A DNA stretch of 56,576 nt, counting the filler, from Bipalium vagum (lineage: Eukaryota), in the NCBI GenBank assembly GCA_037834085.1. It is 3 parts of 3 records of this genome, joined end to end, with 100 filler letters (N's around TTAATTAATTAA, not from the genome) between each part and the next. Parts side by side here need not be neighbours in the genome. Positions count along the whole stretch, not along the records: positions 39,932 to 56,576 come from JBBMKC010100452.1; 2 more parts are not named here. The stretch is one strand, 5' to 3'. The first letter of the stretch is position 1. Each line of letters begins with the position of its first letter. A program made the position numbers and the translations under genes. Positions 39,972 to 51,742 of the stretch are shown here, piece after piece. The notes under the pieces are model-generated. The model made no database searches. It was not told the DNA's origin and saw only the letters and a list, made by a program, of their open reading frames with translations.

Positions 39972-42574
39972 TTAATAAAAAATACTTTATTAAGAAAAAC
40001 CTTTTGTTTTGAATTTTTCAAATTTTTTGAATTTTTTTAGAAAATATTTTTTTCAAATTAGCCAAAAAAGAAATCTATAAAAATATTTTATATATTTTTG
40101 GGATGGTTTCTATTAAGTTGTAGAAAAATTATTAAATTCTTTGATTAATGTTTTTCCAACCAAATTTTTTGTCAGAACAGGGGGAAATTAGTTAATGTAT
40201 TGGTAAAATCAAATTAGAGTTCTTTTCAGTAGTTTCACAGTGATATTTTGTCGTATTGTCTTTCATTTTGCAAATGGTATTTGTGTTGTTCTGCCTTGCC
40301 TGGGTTATTTCCCATCGTTAATTATTTTGTAGACTTTAGAAGTTCAAAGTTTCCTAGAGATTATTGATAAGTTCAATATTTTTTACTGTTTAATTTTTAT
40401 ATTTTAAAATATAATATAATTATATATATTTTTAAAATTGAGCTTTATTAGCTTTTAATCAAAATATATTTTATTGGTATAATTAATGTTTTCTACTTTT
40501 CCTAAATATTTAAATGATTTATTTAATATATAACCTATTTATTTTAATTCAATATAAATAAAAATATTATTATTGTATAAGATAATAATATAATTATTAT
40601 TATTTAAAATATATTATTATAATAAATTCATATAATCTATATTATTATATATCTTTGTACAAGTGCAGGAAAATCAACTATTTGAATATTAATTAATTAT
40701 TTTTCATTTTCATATTAATGAGCTTTTAAATTTATTACAATATATTTTCTAATATAAGAATAAATAAATAAATGTTTTACATAATATATCCTTTTTATTC
40801 TACATTTTCGGAGAATAGTATGAAATTTATTTGGCTTGAAATATTTTAATTTAACATTAACAGATTCCAGATCACTTTTTTCATTATACGTTGACCTGTA
40901 GAATATATTTATTCATTTTAATAATATTCAATAAATATTTCTAAATTGAGGTATTTGTTTGCCAATTTTTACGTAATTTAAAAATTGAATTTCTCTTTAA
41001 TTTTACACTTTTATATATCACACCTTTGCGTGTTTAAGATAAAATAAAAATATGATTTTGTATTCTTCCATTTTAAAAATTATTTTTAATAAATAGTAAA
41101 TAATTAATTATTAATATTTTTAAAGATTTCTCTTTTATTTTTTAAATAATTTTGATCTTTATGAAATAAAAGGAAATGTATATAATCCATATATAAAATA
41201 TGTTCTTTTATCATGTCATAATCATTTTTATTAAAATAATATTTTAAAATAAAAAATTATAAAAAGAAGGATTTTCTATATTTTTTTTCTATTTATTTCT
41301 GTAATTTTAATTTAAATTTTAATAAAAAGATTAATTTTAAGGTGTGTATATTAAATTTATATAATTTCCTTATTTCCCAGAAGACTTAAAATTTTTCTTA
41401 ATTAATTCATTATTATTAATATTGTCATTCGACTTTAAAATATATTTTTAATTGCATTCACTGGAGTCTCAAATATATCTCTATTAATTTACTTAATATA
41501 TTAATTTAATATATATTTATTATTATATAAAAAAATATATAAATCTAAAACCACAAAAAAATTTATTTAAAATTAATTTTCTTTTTAATTTGAGTAATTA
41601 TTTATTTTATTGGAATATTTATATATTAATTTAAATTATTAATTGTAGGCTTAAATATTTAAAATAAAAAATATATGCAAAATATTATGGATGTTCTTTG
41701 CTCTTGCATTTCGAAAATTTGAAATTCTTTAAATATACCGTAAAACAACTTTTGAAATGACTGCTATATCTAAAATGATCATTAAATAATGTAAATAATT
41801 TAAACAAATGTCAATAAGCGATTAATAAATATGTTAACTACAAAAAATGATCCACACGGTAAATGCAGAATGAAATTATAAAAAATGACAAGAATTTTTT
41901 GATCAACCCACGTATTTCAAAATGAAAAATAATTTTATTTCTTATTATGTTTTTGTGACATTTTTCAACATATTCACGATGATTAAGGTTAAGGAAGTCA
42001 GAGTATTATCTGTTGATCTCAACTATGATAAAAATTGTAACAGATCAAAAGTTGAAAATACTCCTAAATAACATTTTCTTATAAGAATTGATCACCACAA
42101 AAAATATTTGGATTCATAAATTATACATCATTTACTTTGCGTCTGAGTTCATTTCCTAACATTAGGAATCCCTCGAGGCCGGCAAATCATTGCAGAGAGT
42201 CACCTTGATTTTCCTCTATAAATCTGATATATTGATATGGTTTATTGAATATTTATTCCATTTATTTGTTCACATTATTTCGATTATTTTTCGGGTATTA
42301 ATATACCTCATTAATTTATTAAAGAGGAATTTGAATTCAATTATTTTCTCCCTTTATAAATGTCGTTAGAAAAGCACTTTCCAGTCCGAAAAATTGATAT
42401 ATTTTTAATAAAAATGTAATTTTATATCATAAAAAATAAATAAAACTGAATCGGTCAACTAAAAAATAATGAAAGGCATTAGCAAAAGCAGACTGACATG
42501 GCTTAAATTTCTAAAGATCTTTAATTTGCCAGCTGATAAGTTAATTAATGGTTCTTTCGACCAAACTATTTAGT

Positions 42575-42751
42575 CTAGATAAAGCTGTTGCACTCATTAT
42601 CAATGTGGTTGTCGTCGTCGTCAGTGTTTTCTTCCTCATCTGTGCTTAAATAAATGATTTCCATTTCATCCTCGGAATTGTCATTTGATGGTTCATAATT
42701 GATAATTTTACATTTTTCGTACATTTTACATCGAAGAATTCTGCATTTCAT
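42575..42751 (-). CDS. short acidic ORF or terminal exon with SIM-like motif
   Basis: MKCRILRCKMYEKCKIINYEPSNDNSEDEMEIIYLSTDEEENTDDDDNHIDNECNSFI*. Confidence 0.4.
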   Translation of the reverse strand: MKCRILRCKMYEKCKIINYEPSNDNSEDEMEIIYLSTDEEENTDDDDNHIDNECNSFI

Positions 42752-44879
42752 TTCATTTTGAAAGTGCTTAGAAATTATTATTATAACAAATACTTAATCT
42801 AAACAAAATAATTTCATTAAAAGTTAATTTTATTATTGTTTAGTTTAATTCAAGTTAATTTATCAGCGTTGTTAATTAACACTACCTTATTTTCCGAAAT
42901 ATTTCCAGAGTTAATTTATCAAGTTGGGGTCTCAGACATACTTAATATAACAAAAAGTTTTTAGATGTGCTATTAAAAAATATGTGCTTAAAAATAAAGC
43001 GCTTTATAATTCTGACAAAGTCATAAAAATTCATCACTAAGCGTTGCAATGAAAAAAACTATAACATTTCAAATGTTATATGGAACCTCAGAGGACCAGT
43101 GATTTGTCGAGGTTTAAATTAATTTACCCCAAATATGATTTTTCTTAAATAAATAAAATTATAAATATAAAAAAAGTCAATGTATTTGGTTTTTGTTGTT
43201 ATTTTAATTTCAAAGCCAAATTAATGATTCTGGGTTAGGTTCAAAGAATTAATCAATCGACATTTAGATTTCATTAATCTTTTTTGATTGCAGATTTGGT
43301 GAATATTTTGCACCGACAAGATAAAAAAGCAGAGACAAAATCCAGGAATGTTTAGCGTGACCACAAAACTTGTCAAGTCAATTGTTTCAAATTCATTTTC
43401 GGAATGAAGTATAACATGAGATCTAGGATTTCCGGTTTTTGACAGTTATCATCCTATTCCTTTTCACTTTACATTTTTCTACTTTATACATAAATAGGTC
43501 ACTTAGTGTCATCATATTATATTATATATATTATATCATATTTCAGATTTTTCTAAAAATTCACAATAAAGATTTTCTATCATATCCCATTGGGGACAAA
43601 TAGTTTTTTTGGTGAATGTGTTCTTTCAAAGTGAATGAAAATGTTTAATAAAGAGAACGGATATTCTCTGGGTTTTAAAAATTAATTTTAATTTTGCCAC
43701 ACTTTTTTGTCCATTACAATCTTTTGTTGAAAACAGCTTTATGTCCTCTAGTTTTCTTGATAGCCTCTATTAAAACTTTTTTCTTAATAGTTCCATAACC
43801 AATCCGCCCGCAACCTCAATGCCAAAGAATTCATTAATTGATTGTTTGACATTCAAAAATCCAGGATTGTATCTTATTGATTTGCTTTTCAAATTATTGT
43901 GAGATTACTAGATTTATTTAAACAAATCCAAATGTTTTAATTAATTAAATGTTTAATAAACACTTAGCCTTTTATCTTTATTTATTATTGTAACAATAGA
44001 AACTTAATAATAATTTCATTTTTTTTCTTTCATTAACGTGACAAAACTGACAAAAGTGTCATAATATATTAATGTTTCTTAGATGTCATATCTCATCTCT
44101 ATTATAAATTTCTTAATGTATGAAATAAATCTTATAACCATTTTGATATTATCCAATTCAATATATATATATATATATATTATTCTTAGTTGATTATAAG
44201 CAAACAAAATATTTTTCTAAAAAATATTTAACAATATTATTAATAATAATAATTAAATACCAATATATTTTATTAAATAAAATTTAATAATATCTATTTG
44301 TTCACTATAATGGTTATACCGTAAAAATGCAAAAAAGATATTGATTCAATTATAAAATAAAGTGCTTATCATAATAATAATTCAGTCCTTTGACTTTTGT
44401 AACCTGTCTTGGGTTGACGAAAATGCAATTATGAGAAGATATTATTATTTGCTGAGAAATACTTTGGCCATCATTTTTGTCAACGCAGATGTCAGAACTT
44501 GGAATTTAGATTTGCCCAACGTAACGAATAAATTAGGCTGAGAGGAAAAAATATTTAATATTTTTTATTTGACATTAATCAATTGTGGCGGACTGGGAGG
44601 AATGATTTATCAAATATAGGTAAATTGGAAAGTGGTTAAAAATAAAATTTTGAAGAACATTTTTTCCAGATTTCTGATTTTTCTGGATTGGAGTCGGGGC
44701 AAATTGAACTGTCGACTTTTCCACAAGTACTTTTCCGGGATCTTTTTTTCATTAAAATCTTTTTTCTTTTGTCTATTCCATTATGGTTATTTCTACTTTG
44801 ATTTTTTAAAAAATAATTTTTTCAATTACATATTAACAAACTTATTAATAATAAAACATTTTATATATCAATTTAAAGT

Positions 44880-45411
44880 CGTGTTATTTATTTACTCTTA
44901 TTCCTGTGGACTCTGGTTTCTTTCTCCAAATAAAACCGTTAATGCAACAGTCTATAAAATAATTCTAAAAGAAAAGTTAAATCGATTCATGCAATTAAAA
45001 ATTATGACTATTTCAAACTTGATAGGAACACATCAACAAGGTTTGGGTTATTAATAGTAGCATCAATGTCCCGGGTCCATGACCAAGAAACAGTCCAGAT
45101 CTATCGTCAATTGAGAGCTGCCGGAAAATTCTCAAACAAATAGTCTCATTGCATAATCCTACATTATACATAAATTTAATTGAAATAATTAAACTTGTTT
45201 GGTTTTGGCCGAAGATGTTGGCTACAATAATTGCGCAAATGATAAACACACTAAACATCATGATATCATATGTATACTAGAAATTATGCAAAAACGTACG
45301 GCTTGTAAATGTTTTCAAAATAAATCTCTTGTAACGAAATGCATTTTTAAACTACAAAAATGTATATTTCATAAAATTGAAGGTGGTCTATGAATTATGA
45401 TCGCGGCTGTA
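44880..45411 (+). mobile_element. Tc1-like transposon 3' part
   Basis: GLWFLSPNKTVNATVYKIILKEKL..P*PRNSPDLSSIESCRKILKQ; right end ...GAATTATGATCGCGGCTG-TA. Confidence 0.8.
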
Positions 45412-46689
45412 TTTTAAGAAAAAGTTCTGTTATAAATTTGTAGTAATTAAATTATGAAAAAATTTTTAAAAATCATAATGGCCAATAAATATTTTTCTTA
45501 ATTTTCCCGAATTTTTGGTTTATATAAACTAGCCTACTTTTTGTTTTATTTTAAATACAGTCTACCTTCTAATATTTACCACAATCGGGAACCTTGAAAA
45601 AATTAAAATTTGGCAAAAATTAGAGGGGAAATGATTACATAATAAATATGAAACACTAATACGGATAAAAAAATTCTTTAAAAATCCACAAAACTTACAA
45701 TTTTTTTACTTTCAAAGAACATTAAAAAACTCATAATATATCTCATACGCCAATATTTTATTTAATATTTTAGTTGAATATTTTACTTTTTTATATTTAA
45801 TTTATCTCTAAACTTCTATCATTGAATGTTTTACTACTTTCTGAACCTTTTCGATATAAAGAGTTCCTTTGAAGAAGTAAATCGTTAGTTTGAAGTTTAT
45901 CATTTTGACTGACCATTTTTCCTCAATCATTGGAAAAGGGAAAGATTCACTTTTCATCACTCATAGTTATATCACTTTCATGAAATATAACATAAAAATG
46001 TAGTGTTGCGGTTTAATTATCTCTTGATAATCATTTAATATTCTGTCTTTGGTGAACTTCAAAGAATCTTCGAAGAATCATTCATACCTTATGCTCTAAC
46101 AAACTGGATTTGCTAAACTTTTAATTCATTAACTTCAATTTGTAAATTGTCTAACGGATTAGGCAAAAGATTAAAGAATTAAGGAGGCTAAAATTCTGTG
46201 TTGATAATTTGAGAAAATTTTCTGGAAAAGAATATCCTTTTTCTATTACAGACCATTTCATATTAAAAAATATTTTTAATATCATGAGGCTGATGTTGAG
46301 TGCCCTTGGGAAATGTTGACTGATCACAGAATATTTAATAAAAATTTTTAATTAGTTACTCTATATTCCAGGTTTTTTCCAACAAATATATTTACATTTA
46401 TAAATTTCCATTATTTTTTGAGCTCTGACTTCGAAATCTGTTTTATAATTGTCATATAAAAACTTCAGTTAAGATTTATTGGGAAAATTCTAATCAGCTG
46501 AGGCTAGGTTTCAGTTTAGGACCCTTGTATTAGTTGCTATGAAAACAGTGTTTTTCTTTGAATGGTTAAATCAAATTTATTTCTATTACGTTTATCAGGA
46601 AGTCTTCGTTTTGGAAGAAAATTAAAAGATAATTTTTAAATCACATAAATAAATTTAGTAAGTATTATACATTTCCTTTAGTTCAGTAA

Positions 46690-47030
46690 TCTCAGTTGAT
46701 TGTTCACTTTCAGGATACCATAATTAAAATATTCATTGGTCTGTGGGTTGAATTACTTTATCAAGTTATTTTCTGTGTCTTCTAACATTGAATTCATTTG
46801 CCCTTAAAACTGTTTTTGTTAAGAATAGAAAAATTTTTGTAAGAAGGAGTAATATTAAAAGGAATATGTGGAATACTTTAAACATCCAGTTTAAATCTGT
46901 ACTTTTTTGCACCGAGTTAAGTGTGACGTTAAGCCTGGTGTATGATAATGAAATATTGCTCCTTCTCGATTAACTATTTTTCAACGTTTTTTGACGACAC
47001 ATACTTCAATTTCTCTCGACAGCATTAGTG
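46690..47030 (-). mobile_element. mariner C-terminal relic
   Basis: KR*KIVNREGAIFHYH..QKSTDLNW..EYFNYGILK (cf. KRPELVNRKGVIFHHDN..LGW). Confidence 0.65.
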
Positions 47031-47335
47031 ACCCCCAGAATAAATTATATTTTTTCTGAAGAGATATCCTTTTTTGTACTCATTCGAAAATTTTAAATTT
47101 TTATAATACGCGTGTAAGCAAGTGTTTATAAACAAAATATCAAAACATTTTAATAGCAATTAATATAAATAATTGTCGTATTTTAATTTTCATAAATTAA
47201 AAACTATTTCTTTACGTTTTTCCTGTTTTTCAAAACTTGTTAATATTTATTGAAAACCGATAAATATAATTATATTCTTGTGTAGTCATTTTAAATAATA
47301 ATATTAGATCAAGGCAATAATAATGTATTTCACTA

Positions 47336-47580
47336 AATCCGATTACTTGATAAAACTTTTCAAACATGGACCTCACCTCTTTTTTTAAAACTAAATTATT
47401 TACTTTATAAAAAGTTAATAACATTTATTTAAAATATTTTGTTAAATATTTAAAAAGCCGTAACTTAATAATTTTTTAAAACTTAAAAATAAAAACGTTT
47501 AATAATTGTTAATACAGGTGTGAGATCCTTATTTTTAAAAATTCAAGCAAACTAATTGTTCGAATCACTCCTTATAAATA
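47336..47580. repeat. dispersed ~240-bp repeat, copy 2 (MITE-like)
   Basis: Same orientation and shared blocks as 26551-26790. Confidence 0.85.
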
Positions 47581-49479
47581 TAAAATGCACTGCGATCCAT
47601 TTTTAAGACTCATAAACTTCTTATGACTAAATATATTTTGACTTTGATATTTTATGATATGTTTCAATATTTTTTAACATTGCCGATAACTAGTATCAAC
47701 AAAATTTTTAGAAATGCAATCTACATTATGTTAACCTAGTGAAAAACCTTTACTCGTGATCTCTCTTGTTTTCATATAACTGAATAATTTTGGATAGCCA
47801 GTATAAATTACTTTTCAAATGCAAATTGCAAATTAAAATTGCTCAATAAAGATTTTTTTGAAGAAGTCTTTTTTTCTATCAATTTCTGAGGAACTTTGGT
47901 TATTGAATATCATAAAAAATTATCATAATTGTTTGATTTATTTTTAGCATCTCTGATATCACTCGTGCTGCTTTGTGTCATTAAGGTCACTACTGATGCG
48001 TCATTAACAGTCAATGGTGGTCTTGTGAAATCTGAATCTTGAACAAGAAAAACAAATCTCTACATTTTTGAAATCCCTTGAAAAATTCGATAGGTGTCAG
48101 TACTTCTCCATAAAAGTTACATTATTTGTATGGATAGTAATTTTTCCTTATCAAAAATAAAAAGATAATAACGGTTGTTACAATGAACATTATTTTACCG
48201 AACATTTTGACCTTATTTGTTAATATTTAAAATAACCTTATATAAATGATGCTATTATTACCTTATAAGAAAACTGAGACTTCTTAATAATAACTTGAAT
48301 TTTAATGCACCGTATATAATTTATAACAATAAAGGAATAAAGATTGCTTTAAGAATCCCTGAATTACAGATCTCATATGACATTGCATACTAAAGAATCT
48401 GTTTACTCTAATTCTGCTCGGAGTGGAATCTTTCTGCGCCATTAGCCTCAGTGGACTCAGTAAATTACATTTTCCCTAATTGTATAAAGATCTGATGATC
48501 TTTTGTATTATTGATTAATTCTGTCACGATGATTTTTGCCGAAGTTTCACTCTCCTCGACTGTTTGTTTCAGTTGTGTTTTAACCAGCGATTATATATAT
48601 GTAATATATTTTCTGGAGGTGCCTTGCGGGGGGTTTCACTGCATTCCTCTTCCTTGTTTACCCATAACGACTAATTAGAAGTCATCTCTTAAAACCGTTG
48701 AAAAATTGTTGAAAAAAAGTTTAAAAATTATTAATTTTTACTTCTTTATTATTTATTATTTTATTATTTTATTAATATTATTGTTCTTATTGACATGAAA
48801 TACCTTTATATTACTCTCTTTCGTAATAAGACATTCCCCATGAAGATTTACTTGTGGTCAAGAGCTCATATTTGAATTTGTGATCTTTAAGTTGTTATAT
48901 TATAACAATTTCGTAACATTAAAATCGAAGTTTTAATGTTAATATATATGTGACAAAACAAATATATATCATCGCCTATTTGTTTTAAATAAAAAAATTT
49001 TCAAAACAATTATTTCGTTGTTTAAATGTACTAGGAAAACTTTCATTTAAAAATTTTATCTATTATTTAATATTATAAAATTATTATTTTTATAACTTAA
49101 AATTGATAATCTAAATTTTATGTAAAGAAAAAAAATTTAAAAGTAAAAGAAAGCCAAAAATTCTGACTTAATAAAAATAAAGAAAGATTTTTTATTTTAT
49201 TATTTTAATTTCTTAGAGATTTCTTAATTTTCATGAACTTGTATCAAGTATACAGCTATGCAATAGTTATCAGATGATTATTTTAAGTCTCATTTAAACA
49301 AATTAGATAACTTTATTTTCTCATTGAAATAATCAAAGCGACAAGTTTTGACCAGAAAAGATGATTTAATAATATTCTATCATTAAGTTATGATTATTAT
49401 TAGATCAATAGAGACTGATATGAAAATGAATGTGGTCAATGTTATCGGTAATTATAGCTTTCCCTGGAGAAAATGGTTT

Positions 49480-50560
49480 GATTTAATCATCAAAAAAACA
49501 GTCTCGGATCAAATACTAAAAGACCAATTACTTTTTATTCCCAATAAAACAAATCATAATATAGATGGCGTCTCATAATGTTGGTGATTAATTATGATGA
49601 ACAGAAATTCAATAAGTCTTTCTTCAACGAAATTTTTGTCAAAAGTTTGTCCGCGCCACTCAACATTTATCAGAATCCGAAAGTTAGGTTGGCACCGTTT
49701 TTCTTGGATGGTCTTGTTCATACGGAGAAAATATTCACAGGACGATCACAATCATTGATTAAAAATTATCACTAAACCAAACTCAAAAACATTCTTTTTT
49801 CTCTTTCAAAGATCTTTCACTAAACCACAGTTAAGAGTGAACTTTTCTTAAGAACGATCCAAGCATGAATTTGATTAAGTTGGAATATAATAAAATTAAA
49901 AAATAAATTTCAATAATAATAATTATTAATTTAGTATTATTGAGTAATTGGAAGAAAGTAATTGCAGATTTTATATAAAGACATCTGTTTTTATTTAACT
50001 GTGTTAAATCATTGTTTAAATAATATCAAAGGATATTCCATGGATTCAAATTTCAACCAGTAAGTTAATTTCATAGATTGCTCTGTTTCGTTTTTTTCTG
50101 CAGTTTGATAATGACAGATCAAAACTGGCATTTGTGGTAAATTTTAGTTTTCTGTTATCGTGACTTGTATAGCCAGTATGTATTAGAAGAACGTCAATGT
50201 CGGAATTTTGATAAATTCCGAAAGGATGATTTTTATAGTCAAGCATGACCGTTCACTGTATGTCAGTTGCGAACTGAAGATCGAAACAAAACAACGTGTT
50301 ATATTTGAAGTTAGCTCATTGTATCAAGTGCAACAATCGAAAACCATATCCATCATATAGGGTAATCCAGAAAACTTATTTTATATTTTATATTTTATAT
50401 TCATTTTGTATTATTATTTTATATATTAATTTTTATCGACCTAAACACCTCCTATTTTATATTTACTTTAACCAGCTTAGTGCATCAAAGAAATTGATAT
50501 ATTTATTGACAAAGGGTCGTAACATCTGTTTGCAAACGGTCTTCATGTCAAATGAGAAAA
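49480..50560 (-). pseudogene. Cid1/TUTase/TRF4-family non-canonical nucleotidyltransferase pseudogene
   Basis: Ordered motifs MLDYKNHPFG-IYQNSDIDVLLI ... LLVEI*IHGISFDI/LNNDLTQLN ... CLDRS*EKF..GLVKDL*KRK ... EERLIEFLF ... FYWE*KVIGLLVFDP, interrupted by stops and frameshifts. Confidence 0.55.
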
Positions 50561-51563
50561 AGAGAGTGAGTTATTTAACAAAATTATAAAAGCAGTATAA
50601 AAAATATTGATTTTATTTTAATAAACGAAGAAAGAAACCTATAAATAATAATAATAATATATAATAATAAATGATCACTCTAAGGATATTATGAATCACA
50701 TTTTCCATTAATATATTATTAATTTCCAGTAAAAAATTTATCATAAATTTTTATTTTCAAGAAAATTCTAATTATAGAATTTTTATTTTTATTTTAATTT
50801 ATTACATAATATTTTTAATGAATTATTAAATGACAGACTTTAGACAAACACAATTAAACAATAAAATGATATTTTTATATTAATATTATTTTAGTAGACT
50901 GTCAGAAAAATATGTTTAAAAAAGAAAATAGATTATTTGTTATTTTCTCCAATCACAGATCAAATCTATTTTAAAATATTATTATAATATATAATTAAAA
51001 ATATATACTAAATGTTGAATTCAATATTGGTTTTAATTAAAAATATTTTATTTAATAAACAAATTTTACACTATTTTATTGTTAATTTTTTTTTAATTTA
51101 GGTTTTTTTAATTTTTTTTTTATTATTACATTTTTTTTAAAATCGTATTATAAATTTTTAATTAATTTTTTTATTTATATTTTAAATATGAAATCATTAG
51201 AATTTTTTGTCATGTTTACATATTTTTCTGATTTTATTATAAACATCGAAATTAAGATATTAAATATTTGTTTTAATATAAATAATCAGAATATTTCCCA
51301 TTCGTCTTATGATTTTTTTATCGTTATTTTTAAATAACATTTTATTTATCATAAAATTATTTGAAAATCATCACTAGGTAATGATTATCACATACCTTCA
51401 TAAACCCTTTCCAACTTATCTTTGACATGAATTGGAAAGCAGTCTATTAAAGATTATGTTAAAGTAACATGATTTTTTATTCTCTAGAGTGCAAAAAATG
51501 TTAATCTAAATTTGAAAAAATTGATATTTTAATCGGATCAATAAATTCATATTTTCGTATCGA

Positions 51564-51742
51564 TTATAAATAATATCGATAAATACTGATAAAATTAATA
51601 AGTATTTTCTCAATCCATCTTTGCTGTTTGGATAAATTGTCTTCGGCATTAATTTGCCTGCAAAGTTCTAAATCAAACGGAGATCTCAAGCAGGACTCCA
51701 GAAATGTGAGATTTTGCATCTCTAAGTGACATTCATTGGGAG
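51564..51742 (-). CDS. isolated exon-like open frame, unknown protein
   Basis: Clean tttttag acceptor, then PNECHLEMQNLTFLESCLRSPFDLELCRQINAEDNLSKQQRWIEKILINFISIYRYYL*; GC-richer than the surrounding AT-rich sequence. Confidence 0.5.

Noticed and set aside
43558-48690. Alternative genetic code (TAA/TAG = Gln) suggested by long frames broken only by TAA/TAG
   Set aside because: The confident exons (KCNQ, EGF gene including its 177-codon last exon) use CAA/CAG for Gln, contain no in-frame TAA/TAG, and the EGF gene ends in TAA. C>T decay of pseudogenes explains the pattern.
49390-49775. Two plus-strand ORFs overlapping by TAATG (stop-restart coupling, or joined by a 35-nt intron 49570-49604)
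   Set aside because: No recognisable protein motif, a weak donor, and the opposite strand carries ordered nucleotidyltransferase motifs. Not fully excluded.
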